NCBI RefSeq assembly: GCF_000150275.1
Contig: NW_002060948.1
Coordinates: forward strand, 1,784,772-1,848,771
Reading direction: 5' to 3'
Source: Trichoplax adhaerens
Taxonomy: Eukaryota > Animalia > Placozoa
Length of the DNA: 64,000 nucleotides
Shown here: positions 11,900-26,471 of the stretch, one piece after another
Layout: each line of letters begins with the position of its first letter
Numbering within the stretch: the first letter of the stretch is position 1
Made by a program: the position numbers and the translations under genes
Notes under the pieces: model-generated
Told to the model about the DNA's origin: nothing
The model's input: only the letters and a program-made list of their open reading frames with translations
Database searches by the model: none

Positions 11900-12180
11900 C
11901 ATAGCCTAACTGTACAGTACCTCTCACAGTACTGTACACTGTACAGTACCTAAATCTAGTGCAGTACTGGACCGCTACTACTAGAATCCGTTATGGTCTG
12001 GAACGGTCCGGTTCCGATCAGTTCGTACCGGTATGACAGACTGACGGAAGCTCATCGCACTAGCATAATAAGAGGACTGTCGCGCAGGACACGTTAACCG
12101 GTACCGTGTAGTTGACGTGCCGTGCCGTAGCGAGCCCAAACGATCCAAAGTCAGTACGGTGCTGTACTGTATATGACTAC
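11900..12180. promoter_or_regulatory. GTAC-motif cluster; probable bidirectional promoter of the zinc-finger gene (-) and UBR1/2 (+)
   Basis: The run actgtacagtac...cagtactgtacactgtacagtac and further GTAC/CCGG words form a locally GC-richer patch ~200-450 nt upstream of the UBR ATG. A minus-strand donor (gtaagt) near 11700 fits a 5' UTR exon of the zinc-finger gene. Confidence 0.55.
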
Positions 12181-12362
12181 TAAGACTGGATATCATTTTT
12201 TTTTATTTATTTATACTACTGTGCTACGACTGTCTTAAAGCAGAGAGTGTGGATACCTAGCCGACCATACTGTTCCTCTTCGTTGTTGGATTTGTAAACG
12301 CCGAGTTGGCAAGGATACTTCTATCATTCAAGAAATAGTCGCCAGTAAAAGGTTGGGGTAAC

Positions 12363-15300
12363 ATGGATTCAAGCAATTTAGTGGCCAGAAAATGGCTGCA
12401 AGAATATGCATCAGGTTATTCGGATAATCAAATAAGCGATAGGATTGTCCATCACTTGGAAAATTTACATACGTTATTGGCCGACAAGACACCTGATCTC
12501 AAGTCCATGTTGACGGAGAATATCATCCGATATTTTACAACTCCTTTAGATTACTTCATCAGTAATGGACAAATGAAAGAATTGAAAGACTATCTGAGCA
12601 CTAGTAATAAATCGGCAATATGTGGTAAAGTTTTCAACGCCGGTGAACCAACTTACACATGCAGGTATAGCATGGTCGGACTCTACAATGGCAAGAGTAG
12701 ATTCACTGTCAATAATAAATTCCATTTTGTAATGCAGTATTATTATGATGATGACGATGATGATGATCAACATAAATAATTATTTTCATTGCTATCCATC
12801 TCCTATCGCGCTTTTATGCCTTCTACTCGATACACTAGACCTACGTTATCAATAGTACCAAAAGCATACTCTACATATTGCCTAAATAAGGAAAAATATC
12901 TTGTTGCTGAAAAGACCTGTGTCATCTTAACCATTGCATTAATTAGACATCATCGCCCCCCCCATCTTTGTTCTAGCTAAAAAATCACATCTTTTCTACA
13001 ACAGCGTCTTGATCAACGCTCGAAAGATCATTTCTAGTTGGATCATACATACATCCTTTAACGTATTGTAGATCCATCACGGATAGTAGCAGTACATAGT
13101 AGGTATACATGAGATTTGTCCATTTGAACAGCTGGACGATCGTTCAAAGTAGGATTGCAAAGTCTGATACGACTACATGAATGGGATAAATTACTATATA
13201 AATAATAAACTGCGTAAAACTTCAATCACTGACTCAATAGCTGATGACTAGTGAATAGTTAGTTAGTTAATCATCAAGCTCGTTTGATTTGACATCAGCC
13301 CAATCGGTATTCAATGGGATAATCATATCGGATCATATTGACGCATATTCTGCCTTGATCAAGCAAAATTTCACGTCGTCTGTACGGCACTGTTTGCGCT
13401 TGCATGTTTACAAGATGGACATGATACACGTACATACAGTATGTCGCGGGTAAATCCAATGTTTAACCCACCAAAGTATAGAGTAGATTTAATAATTATA
13501 ATTGGTTCATGGACCATTATAGTTTGTAAGTTAGAAGAAATCGGACAATCCAATATTTCTCAGCCGTTATCTAAAAATTTTACAACAAACGCAATTCGAT
13601 AATATTTTATTTTTTCTCCATTGATCAGTTCTGCCATGTCATCTCGCATGTCTATTTTTACGATCTGTTATGAGCGAATGTTACTATTAGTCTAGAGAAG
13701 AGATTTGATTTTACTGAATTCGTTTGATCGTATCTACAAATTGATTCCCCTGCGCTCACTCTATGTACGCGTATATTTTCCAATCCACGCAATGATACTT
13801 CCTTGTTGATTCTGGACAACACACTACTATTGGTATAATAAGGGACAATATTCTGCACCATATATTCTGTTCATTCTGAAAAAGTTCCTAAAATGATGCA
13901 TCATTGTTCATTCTTGACAGCACACTATTGGTGTAATAAGGACAATATTCTGCTCATTCTGAAACAGTTTCTAAAACGATGCATCATTGTTCATTCTTGA
14001 CAGCACACTATTGGTGTAATATGGGACAATATTCTGCTCATTCTGAAAGAGTTCCTAAAACGATACATTAGTCAAGTCAAGATTGAGGCTTGTTGCAACA
14101 TGTTTTATTTTCTATTCTTAGTTATAACATCAATATCAAAAATTACTACCATATAAGCGGACTAGAAGTATTATCCTATTTCTTGTTAGTGCAATGCTTC
14201 CATGTAGGTTAAAATAGTTGGCTAGGACACATGAATACTTGGATAGATCTATAGAGTCAGGAAGTGATGTACGACATGATGCCATAAAGCCTGTCGACAG
14301 TACTGTAGTAGTTCATGGTAATGGAGGAATTTGCTATATTCTGTATGTTGAGATAGAGTTGATAATGGCACTAAAACTAATGGTAATAACCAAGACCAGA
14401 TGGGTTTTCGGTTACTATTTTTAATGATTTTTACTTTCCCTTCCGTTTTAATTCTGTCCGTAATAAACTATAGTACAATTGCTTCTGTAATCCATGCTAG
14501 AATCTGACGCGACAATTTCTTGACTGTTTTTTATTATTTTTCGTTTACCAGACACTAAGCTAGGATCAGTTATTTACAGTATTTATTTGTAAACTTTAAT
14601 ACCGAGTAGACCCGATCTCGGCCATTTGTCAAGACTCAGCAAACACCCACTTTCTATTGCTTGAAACCGTTTCTGAAAAGTACTGAGTACAGTCGGTACA
14701 AACGAAATACAATTAGAGTATGCCACAGTTGAAATAAAAAGTCAATGAAAACGATAAGAGTTAGACAACCTATGCATAATATACTGTACTGGTAAATTGC
14801 AATCGCTTGTGGACATCATCTTACGCCAGTTGCAGGGTTTTAGTAGTCGATTAGGTTGGATAATTCTGAATATAGAATTATTATGAATGTACTCAAGCAA
14901 TGCTTATAATTCAATTGAATATATAAGAATAGAATAGAGCAAAAATTGAATTACAAATACTGTACATTAGTTTAGACTTCCTTTGCAAGTCAATACACTT
15001 GATCAAGTTTGTTCAACTGTACAATATTCAATAGCTTGTAAACTTACTCAATCTTTGGGGGGCTATAGTTTACGTAATTTAGCGCTATTAAACTCTACGG
15101 ATAGGCCGCAATGATCTATACGTATAACTATAACAAAGTAAGAATAGCGATAATAAATTAGAATGAAACGATTAAATATTTTATCTTCTCTATGGGAAAA
15201 TACTTTGCAATAGAAATTGTCATGCGCCAGCAATACTGGTGTATCATGTACTGCAAAGCAGATTTCTCAATTGAAATTGTACAGTAGTATAGATGGCGTA

Positions 15301-18300
15301 CCGTGCCATGCTGTGCATAAGATTGACATTGTCGCTGTAGTATAGTAAGATGATTATAACAAATATAACTCGCTCCATTTAATTAGAATTGAATTGAATC
15401 ACTTAATAAATGATCCATTTAATTTTTTATATTCGTTACACTGTCACATGCTCGATACTATTGAAAGCTAGACGTGGGATAACTCACAGCGTTCGTTGAG
15501 TATGCCACAGATCGCGTTTAGCAATAGCCTGGTACAAGGATTTCACACCTGATCATCAGTCGAGCATAAAAAAGGCGCATTCTGTATAGTATGCTAGACT
15601 GCTATACTATCGAAATATTACATTCCACGATTAGATAGTGCAGTACGCTGCAACGGTATTGTTATGGAGAAAAAAAGTGGTATTGAGTTAGATCATATTA
15701 TTATGTTTATTTTATTAATGCTAAAACATTGATTTTATGATCGATAAATTAAATTTTACATTAATAAGATAGAAAAAAAAATTGAGTATTAAGCACTGCA
15801 GAAAGCTTGATTAGTGGCTATCCTGACTGTATTGATCGCTTATAATGCTTGCATCGATGATTTACTTTAGTAAAATTAGGCTATATAAAAGCTCAACTTT
15901 TAGTAAGAGCGACGTGAATGTCTTGTCTATTTTAATTCAATTCAATGTCGACGTAGATGATTACTGATAATCTGTAAAAAAAATTGAAGTTTCTGATATT
16001 TTTTAACAATCTCGTCATTCGGTATTCATCTGCATTTTTGTTACAATAGTTTAATCTTATGCTAATAGTACCGAATTATTTGTATACTATATCCTTTATT
16101 TGCTTTATCAGGGATTGTGCCATGGATCCTACCTGTGTGATGTGTAATCAATGCTTTCAAAACAGTATTCATAAAGATCATCGTTATCGGGTTAGTAGCT
16201 AACAATATCACTGTATACTAGTATTACTCAGTCGATTATAATTTTAAAAAGATCCCCAATATCCGTAAAAGCAGGATAGAGAGTAAAAACTAAAGCAGCG
16301 TAATTATTAAATTATATTTACATCACAATGATCCTCTAATATGACAACATAAATTATATGTACAGATGCATACCTCAGCAGGAGGCGCAGGATGTTGCGA
16401 TTGTGGTGATGCCGAAGCTTGGAAATCCGGATATGCATGCGATTTTCATCTAGCAAATGATGTTGAGGCAGCTCCGGTATGCTATATAAATTGGTTATGA
16501 GATGAGAATGGCAGTCTTTGTATATCATGATGCGAGTATATTGTCGCAAATATTATTGCTATTGGTATTTCTACTACATTTAGCTCGCTTTAAAAATATG
16601 AAATATTAATGTACTAGAGTATGTTAGTCCTAACATGATATTCAATTGATTTAGGTGCAATTACCGCTTGACGTGGAAAGAAGATGTTCAATAGTATTTG
16701 ATGCTGTCCTTAGATATGCTATTACGGTGCTATTGTATGATGGTCCGGATGATATGCCTGCCGAATTATTTCAAATGTTGGTGGTGTTTTAGATGTTTAT
16801 TTCATATAACACAAAATAGCCTGGACTACTTTATTTTTTGGGTATCATTTTTGCGCACTAATTCTATATTTAACATATCCAATATTCATAGGTCATTGCC
16901 ACCGCTATATGTTACTACATTATATAACGATGAAGTCCATACATATCAAGAGGTGTGCCAACAAAACGAATTCGTTGACTGTAGACAAACTTAAAAGTTG
17001 TATTTGCATGTAAAATTTACTAGTTATTTCAATAATTGTTATGGTTATCATCAAATAGGTCATAAGACAGTTACAATTGGCCATTAGTTGTACTGAACTG
17101 CAAGCGTCTCAGATTGCTGGCATAGTTGATCGAACGGTTAGGATTTATACGTGTATTCTTTAATCGTCAACTTGTGTTTTATATAGTGACTATATTCCTA
17201 ATTTGTTGCCATCCTTTACACCCATAGGGTAGAGCGAGAATAGGAGTTGGCGATGCTATTGAATGCAACAGAATTCGAAGGATTATACAAAAGGTTGTGT
17301 ATGATAAAATTCAATTGTATTTTATATTCGTTTTGCAATTAGCAAATATTGCTACTCGATAATGGTTAATAATCGACTACCAGTTCGACTTACGTATTGC
17401 AACTATTACTCTGACAGCGCAATTCAGAATTGCCTCATATACCGATAAGAGGAGCTAAACCGCTTGTAATCAAGATATTACATACGACTCTATTTGAACA
17501 TCAAGAATTGGCTATCAACCTGCTTAATTGGCTGAATGATTTTACATCTTCATCTAGTAGGCAGATAATAATAAAATTTTACATGCATGCTAGATACATT
17601 TGCTACTTATCACTAAAATTAAATGGTATTGAAGTGGTAATAAAACTACATAATTTATTGACTGATGCATCCTTCTAATTTTACTTACAGGTGCTTTGAT
17701 TTTATTATTCGGTAAAATTGCTATGGACTCTAATAGTCATTTTGATAAAAGCTACTTAGAAATACTATTACATTCTGATACACAGCTTTGGAAGGGTAAT
17801 GATCGAATTTAAAATTTCATCGATACTAGTGATAATTTACCTGTATATCAGAAAATAGTATTAATTACTACTTGGTCTGTATACTTAGATGCAAGAACTG
17901 CTTGGCATCAATTGTGTATGGCATGGTAATGATGTGGTTTATGATGTTATTTTTGTCTGTATTATTCCTATGCTATACTTACTTGTATAATAATTGTTTC
18001 TTTATTTAGTATTTTAGGAAGTTCTGATCTCAAACATCAATTTAGTGTATTATACGTAAAGGTAAGGCATTGCTCAAGTTTAAATGGTCATCATTAATTA
18101 AGGATTGAAATCTAAAGTACAAAGTGTGTGCCATAAGTCCCTTATTTGATCAAGCTCTCTTTACTGTTGCAGGAGTATGCTAAAATCCAGAAAGATTTCA
18201 TAGAGGACGATCATCTTCATTCAGTATCGGTAATTTTTTTTCCAAATCATAATGGAATACAAAGTTCGATCCGCATATTTACGCTTATTTTGTTCATGAT

Positions 18301-21300
18301 ACAGATCACATCGATGTCGGTTCAGCTATTTACTTCTAATTCATTGGTAAGACAAAATTTGAGAAATATAACTTTTAACGTCATGAATATTACTGCTAAA
18401 TACATAAACCTTGTTTTACTAAAGAAAAATTTTTAAATTTTCCTATTAGTCGCGCTACTTAGTGATAGAACATGATTGCTTGGCTAAAATTTTATCGACG
18501 TTTTGCAATGCAATTAAACCTAGTATAAATCCCGGTAAAACATTGTAAATCTACAGCCTATATTCGTCAATTCAATTCTAGAGATGTCGAATTTGACTAA
18601 GATTTAATGTTTAAACTTCATTTTTAGTTGCCGCAAGAGATGGAAGACTAGCCCAACTTCGAATTCACGAACTATCCAGATTAGAATATATGATAATAGA
18701 CGTAAAGTAAGTTATCTATTTAGATCTTATGCTTGGTTTATAGTATTGATTGACATTCATATTAAATAGTACAAAAATATACAATAAAGTAGTTTTACTA
18801 GATATCTTAATTCGTCCAACTAAATGACTTTTCCAGATATATCTTAAGTCAAGTACCTGATGCAGAGTCATGGACTGATGACTTAAAACATGCATTTTTA
18901 CGTGGTTTTGATGAATATCTCAAGTTGTTATCCATACTTGAGGTGATGATAAATTTGTGTGATTAATTTTAACTATATTGTTGTTATAACCTGTACTCAA
19001 CTGATACATACTTCGTATTTGAATCTTTCAGGGCATGGAAAGTTCCAAACGTGTTTCTGGCCGTCATATTGAATATGAACCCAATTGGGAATTTTCTGTC
19101 CGAATTTATATAACTTTATGCATTATTGCACCTTTAATATTACAGTGGTGTACCAGCAATGTATGTAAACTAGCAGATCGTTGTCACTATCCCAGTTAAA
19201 GTATAATTGTTATAATAATATTGATTAATTTAGTTAATATACGCATAGGTAACTACGGCATCGGAAAAAATAATTTAATTCGTTGCGTTAATTTGTTGGA
19301 TTAAAAATTATTACCATTTAGTTGGAAATTCTGAAAGAAGCGACAGGAAGAACAATAAAAATATTGTGTGAAACTTGTTATAGCGATTCAAAGTCTCTAC
19401 TAGACCATGCAATAGGTTATAATTAGTTTTATCAAATAGTATTAATTGATCATTTTAAAATATTATAGAAATTTATTTTGATTTTTATTGTGTCCATTAA
19501 CCGACGATCATAGTTGATTCTATTGAGTACCAAACCATCAACTATGATGTCTCTTCGGAACTAGTGTCATTGGTGTATCCTCTTTCTCGATTGTTAGCTG
19601 GTATGTCTATAAAGATACTAAGAATCAATTAAAGTTAACATTTATGTTACGACAAAGTTATGGATATTTTAAAGAAGGTATACTCTTTGATTGCAGGCCT
19701 AATGTCCTCTGGAAGCCGGCATAATCATGAATCTATATGCGAGCTTCTTCCTACTGGCGTAAGGGATTTATCAGCAACAATTAATGATCGTGATCACTAT
19801 ATGTTAGTAAATCTCAAGACAAATTTCGTTCTGTTCATTTTTAGAGGGAAGAAATACTTCCAATTCTGTTAATGGAGCATTCCGTAAGAGCTTTAGTATT
19901 AGCAGCCCAGGTTGCTTCCTCTATGTGGAAATTTAATGGTTATTACATTGTTAATCAGGTAACCTTTTAGATTTCTACGAATGAGAAATGGTTATTACAA
20001 CTATATCGGATGTGATTAGATCTATCTTATTGCAGGTTCATCATTACAAAGTTGGCAAATGTCGCTCTCAAGCCTATGATAAAGATATACTTATGCTTCA
20101 GGTAATGCTATGTTTACTCTAGTAGTAGAGCATTATAGGATGCATGAAAGATTTTGTATTCTTCCTGAAAACTACATTTGACATTTCTGTTGCTCTTACC
20201 GAAATATTTATTCGTAAATAGATCGTCGGTTCTATAGTAGATCCGGATTGGTTCCTTGCTTGCCTTTTGCAGAAATTTAAGTTATTAGATTGGGTGGAGT
20301 AAGTTTTAAACTTTTAATTAATGGATGATATCTTGTTTATGGCACGAAATCTATAAGAGCCACTCTATCTTCTACTTATTCGCATAGTAATATTTATTTC
20401 CCTTATCTTTAGTATTCAAGGTGGCTCTCGCATTGACAACTTGAAAGAGGTGCATGCAAATAATTTTATAAGAAGTTACCTCTAGAATTACATTTTTTCA
20501 TTGAACAAGCTGTTTATATATAAAAAGAGTTTTACGTTTTGCTAATTTATGACGTTCTCAACGTAGGATATTTGGGTTGCTAGATCATCTTTAGCCAGAG
20601 AATTTTTATTATTATTAATTGCGGTTATAGGTGAGTGAATAAGCAACAGCGCAATATTCCGCTATCTTAAAATTATAGGTGTCGAAAAGTACTTACGTAA
20701 ATGATGAACAGCTAAAAGTTATCTTTCTATTATTAAGGTGAGAGATATCATGTAGGCATTGGAGACGTCACTCCTGCAGATACCGTAAGACACGAAATAC
20801 TACATTATCTCTATGTCAGTCCAAAAGCTCACAGTGAAATTACCAAATTTTTATCAACGTCTCAAGTAAGATAATACAAATTTAAGCTATTGGAAAAAAT
20901 TTTGCTTTATTGAAATTACTCATTAACACAACCCTTGCTAATTTTCAATCTCATAGGAGGATTGCGCAGAAGTTGACATTGATGAAGTATTATCTACTAT
21001 AGCCAACTATAGGTAGATCGGTTCTATTGATTGTATTTTTCGAGGTATAATATATGTAGCTCTTAAAATGGTTGTATTTTTAATTCCGAAAGAAAACCTG
21101 GATTAACTGGTAGAGGGGTATACGAATTAAAACCAGAATATTATGAAGAATATAACCCTTTCTTCTATCATTACTCTGTTTCGGATCATTCTAAGGTATT
21201 TTAGTTCCATAATTTATGTAGTTTCATTAACAGTGATCCCTGCCGCAAGATTTGTAAAGTTTAGATTTGAAAATATTTTTGTAGGCAGAGGAAAGACGAA

Positions 21301-24300
21301 AAAGAATTAAAACGGAAAGCGATAATCGCAGTACGTTTTATGCTTGACATCACTTATAATAGTAATCTTTCGTTACTAATATTGTTAATGTATATGGCTA
21401 ATATTTTGCTATGTAGATCAATCGCCGCCATCTTTACCGAAACTTACAAAACCTTTCTATAGCTTGAATAGAATTCTTCAATCCTCTCTCTTACGTAGAA
21501 TGCTACTAACAATATTAACTCGTTGTTGTGAGGATTCACAGAAGAATTGGATCGATCCTCTATTACATCCCACTCTATTCTTGATAGCTATGAATTTTGG
21601 AGAAATAGAAAGTGCTTATCGAGAAGGATTTATTAACTTAAATTCGGAATTAAGTATGTACAATTAGATGTTATTGTAACGGCACTAATATATTGGATAT
21701 TATGTAATTGATTATTCGATGTTTCGATGCGAAAGTTACGAATTATCGTTGCAATTGTAGGCCTTCTTTCAGAGATCATATCGAAAATAGATATATTAAA
21801 GAATGAAACGTCAGCAAGCGATTTTTCAAAGTTAATAAATTGGATTATATCGGTAAGTAGTTTTGAATGTGGGATCTATGAAAAACTTATTTCATGCTTG
21901 CCTCGGAAATAAATTTTATTCCGTTTATCTGGTAGCAATGTGATAATTGTAATGTTTGTATGCTGTGATCATGCTTAAATCGTAAGTGATAAAAATGATA
22001 TAATTTTTCGATATTAAAAACAGACTTATCGAAAGTTGGTATCTTTCACTGCTGGTTCTAATTCAGTTACTAATGTAACTAGTGAGACTACTGGAAAAAA
22101 TAGATTTGAAGAAGCAAAAAGAGCAAGAGCACGGTTAGCTGCGCAACAGCGAAATAAAATCATGGCACAGATGTCTGCTATGCAAAAAAATTTCCTAACA
22201 CGAAATGCTGATATCCTGAGTACTTTACAAACTGACTCTCTCACCGATCCTGAATCTAGGTATCGAATTATATAATCATTCCAGTACTTTTTCTACAAAC
22301 ATTTAATACAGATTCTTTACAATATTGTTATTAATATTACTGTAATACAGAACTTATAATGATGCATGCAAGGAGCTGCTGCGACTTCTACGGTCGACCA
22401 TAATATAATCTTTTATAATAATTGTTACGTCTGTAGTTGTAATGCGTGTAGAGTAACGTGCAATACAGTTGCAGTACCAGTAAACCTTGTAATTGTAATA
22501 TAACTTCATGATGTGTACATCTTTATGGAATAGATTACGGTACAATGTTGGGTATCGTACTGTTACGACATGCATAGATACAGTATATAAAGTCGCGAAC
22601 AACTTGAATAAAATCACTTCTTTTCTTTACACTAGAATTGAGGAGTCTATGCGTTAAGTTATATTACTCGTCTCGGAGCAGTTCTTTAACAATAATCAAT
22701 TTTTAATATAGTGAGACATTAATGGAAATGAACGAAACTGATGAAGTTATTGCTGTTGGTGCCTCTCGTTCATGTTTCCATATCGGCGCGCCTGAGACGA
22801 TATCCTGTATTCTCTGCCAAGAAGATGAACAAATAAAATTAAGTGATCGTCCTATGGTTTTGACGGGATTATCGCATAGGTAGGTTATTACTGTTAGCAA
22901 TTACCAAGTACTAGACTTTAAAACATTTTTATTAACTTTATACCGTAATTAAGTTAACTTAACTATTTCATATTGTAAATACTATATACAATAACGTTGA
23001 TATATATTGAAAAGGTCGGTAGTTTTATCTCAACTCGGTTCAGAAAATGATACTAAATTAGGTAGGCAATGCAATGTTTTGTATTTCCATTAACTTTAAA
23101 ACGAAATTATCGCATTTAAGTGATCTATTCAATGTTACTTTATGTATATTTTAAAAATATATTTTATGTCTTTAGAATTTAAACCTCTGTGGACGGATAC
23201 AGCAATAGCTATCGGCGTACATACTGGCTCGTGTGCGCACGCTATGCATTCTAGCTGTTGGCAAAAGTACGCATTGTAGTTAAATTGCTGGCGCCAATTA
23301 TATTCTAAATTGTTATCTTTTCGTCTTTAGTTATTTTGTTGCAACAGTTGACAGGCAGCAAATTAGGAGATTTAACGCAAGAGCTCCACCTAGTATCAAT
23401 GTTACTAAAGGCGAATATTTATGCCCGTTATGCGAGGGCTTATGCAATTGTGCCATACCTATTTTACCTCCCTTACCCTACTTCATCAAGTAAATCTAGA
23501 ATCTGGCTATGGTAAAGTACTTAGAACATTCTTAGGCATCTAATAATATTAATTTTTTATGTTACTATATTTAGTAATGACAACATGAAGGAATATCCGA
23601 AATGGCTTGAAGATCTCCGTGTACATACGATAAATGAGCTGCAAAATATTAGAGGACATACAGGATCAAATGCAGGTGAGTAATTCTTTGTTGCTGCAAC
23701 TGCTTAATACGCGATATCATTGTCGAAAGTACCAATTTTTAGCTATAAAAGTTTACTAAATTGTCATAATTTTACTAGCGATGATAGATTCGTCAATATC
23801 CTTATTTACTCCGCTGGACCTTCTAAATCGAAAATCTTCTCCGGAATTAAATCAGTTAAGGTACATTGTTAAGCTGACTGTAAATTTCGTCGTATCGATA
23901 TTGTTTTTAAGGCTATAGTAACATGTATATCCCATTTAAATTGACATTGCAGGTACGAATTACCGGAAGCTGCTATCGAGGCAATTAAGGCATTCTCTCA
24001 ATCAGTTTATACCGTGAGTACTACTATAACGTTTATTGTATGCAAAGATAACTTTCCAAAATCTATCGACAAGTTGTCCTACCAAGGCGCGGAAAGTTCC
24101 AACGGCTAAGACGTAAAAACTTTCTTTATATTGTAGTCTGGCTTGCTTGCTAAACCATGTGCCGATAATGAACGTATACTTTATGCGCTATGGAGTTCAT
24201 GTGCTTATTGCATTGGTGTCGCAGGTTAGATGAATCTTTGCAATGCGATGAAGAAATAGACATACGTAGCTATACTAGTAATGCACTTTTATCACTGAAC

Positions 24301-26471
24301 TATTTTCGTTTTCTCTGCAGTAAACTTTTTATCATTTAGATCAAAATCTGTAGAAGAAGGACTCACCACTAGACAGGTATAATAAGCTATTTATCTAGTA
24401 AAATATTGTGATATCAGTGAAAACTAATTATTTATCCATATGAATTAAGATTTCAAGCATGTCTGCACTGTTGAGAGCAGCTGTTGCCTATACGTCAGTT
24501 AATTCGATCAGGTTTCAGACGTGGAAAACTTTACACAACCATATTCTTAGTGGTAAATATCATCTCCAACAAAAAATGTTGGGTTCAATTTATGATATGA
24601 ACTATTCAGAACTAAAAGCGTTAAGTCAATACATTGACCGTGTTACTTTTACATTGACAGTTACTATTGGCTATGAAGTTGAAGGTGTACCATCTGTGTT
24701 GAATTTGGATCCATTTCATTTAATGGCACGTATTTTTTTTTGTAAAGGTTACATGGAAATGTCTGCATGTGTGATAATGTTATCGTTTGTGTTTCTTGTT
24801 CTATCACTAGGTAAATTTAATCTTTTCGCTGCAAGCATTGAGTGATAGCCCTGGAATAGTTGCTTTTGGTACAGATCCTGTTATGCATCACTACTGTTTA
24901 AAAATTGCATTTATGCTAAAAATTACTCAATCTCTGTTAGCGATAACTGACATTGATGGTTAGTAAGTTGAACTGTTAAATTGGTTTCTTGTTTGTATTT
25001 GACTTCTTAAGTTCATCAGCCTATTTTTTGTAAAATTTTTTAAGACTAAAATGTAATAGAGGCTTTTAAAATTATATATTATAGTTTCTTCAGAAAATGA
25101 CGAGAGCAGTGACGATGACTCATCATTTTTAGTACAATATTGGCAATTCTTACAGATGCATACTGGGTAAGTCGCTTATTTTATTTAGACTAGCAATTTT
25201 CCTAACTATGTATCGAAAAAAGTAGTAAATAATCCACGTATCTTTATTATCCATGCAGTAAAGGAGCGATCTCCTTTCCATATTCAGCTTCGATTACCTT
25301 ATGCAGAAAAGTCAAAGAAGTATGCTTACCATTTCTTCGCATGGCCTCATTATTTTTTCATCTAATAACTTCAGTACCAGTACCAAAATTTGATCTCGAT
25401 GGTATGTATCGGTCTTAATGTTCTAGGAAGATGACAGTATAAAATATAACTTTAACTATTATTTGTAGCTGCTCAAGAATATAGTCATCTGCTAAAGTAT
25501 CTCGATCTTCCGGCAAAATTATCAACGCTACTTGACTTATCTAACTCTGAAATATCAGGACTTGTCATAAGGTAATGTGTATAACTTGTAATAAAACTTT
25601 TGACGTTATCTTTAAAAGTAGCCGCTTACGTATTTTTAAAAAATTACTTTTCAGATGGTGTAATACAAAAAATGTAATTCTTCCTATCAGGTTAGGAAAG
25701 AAAGTTGTCTCTTTATTACTATTTCTTTATTGAAATCACAATTTAATGATGTAAATACAATTATATGTTTAATATAGAGAATTATCTCCATGTTCTACGT
25801 TAATCAATTTACCTCGCAATTACGGAGAACTAATCTGTGGGACAGCCAATTATAGGTTAACTTTCTATTCTATTATAGCTAAAGTATGCTGAATAACTTG
25901 TAATTTATTGCTCAATGTTATTATTTTTGATACTTGTAGATGTAGCAACTCCAAAGCAAGTTTGAATTCATCTCCTGCAATGTGTTTAATTTGTGGCAAA
26001 CTTGTATGTGCACAAAATTACTGCTGCCAAGGGACTCTTGGAGATGACAAGGTTGGGTCGATTACTAGCCATATTTATGAATGCGGCGCCGGAGTTGGAA
26101 TATTGTTGTTTGTGAGGGAATGTCGCATCATTCTGAGATTTGGCCAACGTAGGGGCTGTTTTTACTCACCGCCTTATTTAGATGAGCATGGCGAAACTGA
26201 TGAAGGATTAAGGTATTGTTAATGACTCATTATTGTTACTAGACTAAGTCAATCAATCAAATGAATAGTACGACTGGGTATGGTATTTACTATATACTTA
26301 TCGTTACTGAATATTTTGCTGTTAAGACGTGGTAATCCTCTCTTCTTGGATGACGAACGGTATAGCAAATTACAAAACATGTGGCTATTACACGAGGTAT
26401 CTGGAGAAGTTGTTCGCAATATGGAACATAATACACGTCACGCCGCTTATATCGATTGGAGTAATATGTAG
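12363..26471 (+). CDS. UBR1: E3 ubiquitin ligase UBR1/UBR2 ortholog (N-recognin, Arg/N-degron pathway), many short exons
   Basis: UBR box across exons: [16 protein letters not shown]|[26 protein letters not shown]|[20 protein letters not shown]. ClpS-like N-domain [12 protein letters not shown]; [16 protein letters not shown]...NPFFYHYS; basic region [16 protein letters not shown]. Split RING CILCQE...SCAHAMH..CW...EYLCPLC. C-terminal CLICG...[10 protein letters not shown]...[19 protein letters not shown], stop at 26471. Intron 1 is 12665-16111. Probably co-orthologous to vertebrate UBR1 and UBR2. Confidence 0.95.
13795..14069. repeat. Tandem repeat, ~3 x 83 bp, in UBR intron 1
   Basis: The unit cattgttcattcttgacagcacactattggtgtaata..ggacaatattctgctcattctgaaa.agttcctaaaacgatgcat occurs three times. 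Confidence 0.9.

Noticed and set aside
13364-13449. Exon-like segment in UBR intron 1 with a faint UBR-box resemblance, ending CGG|gtaaat
   Set aside because: In the phase required by exon 1 it hits a stop codon, and the resemblance lacks the zinc ligands; probably chance.
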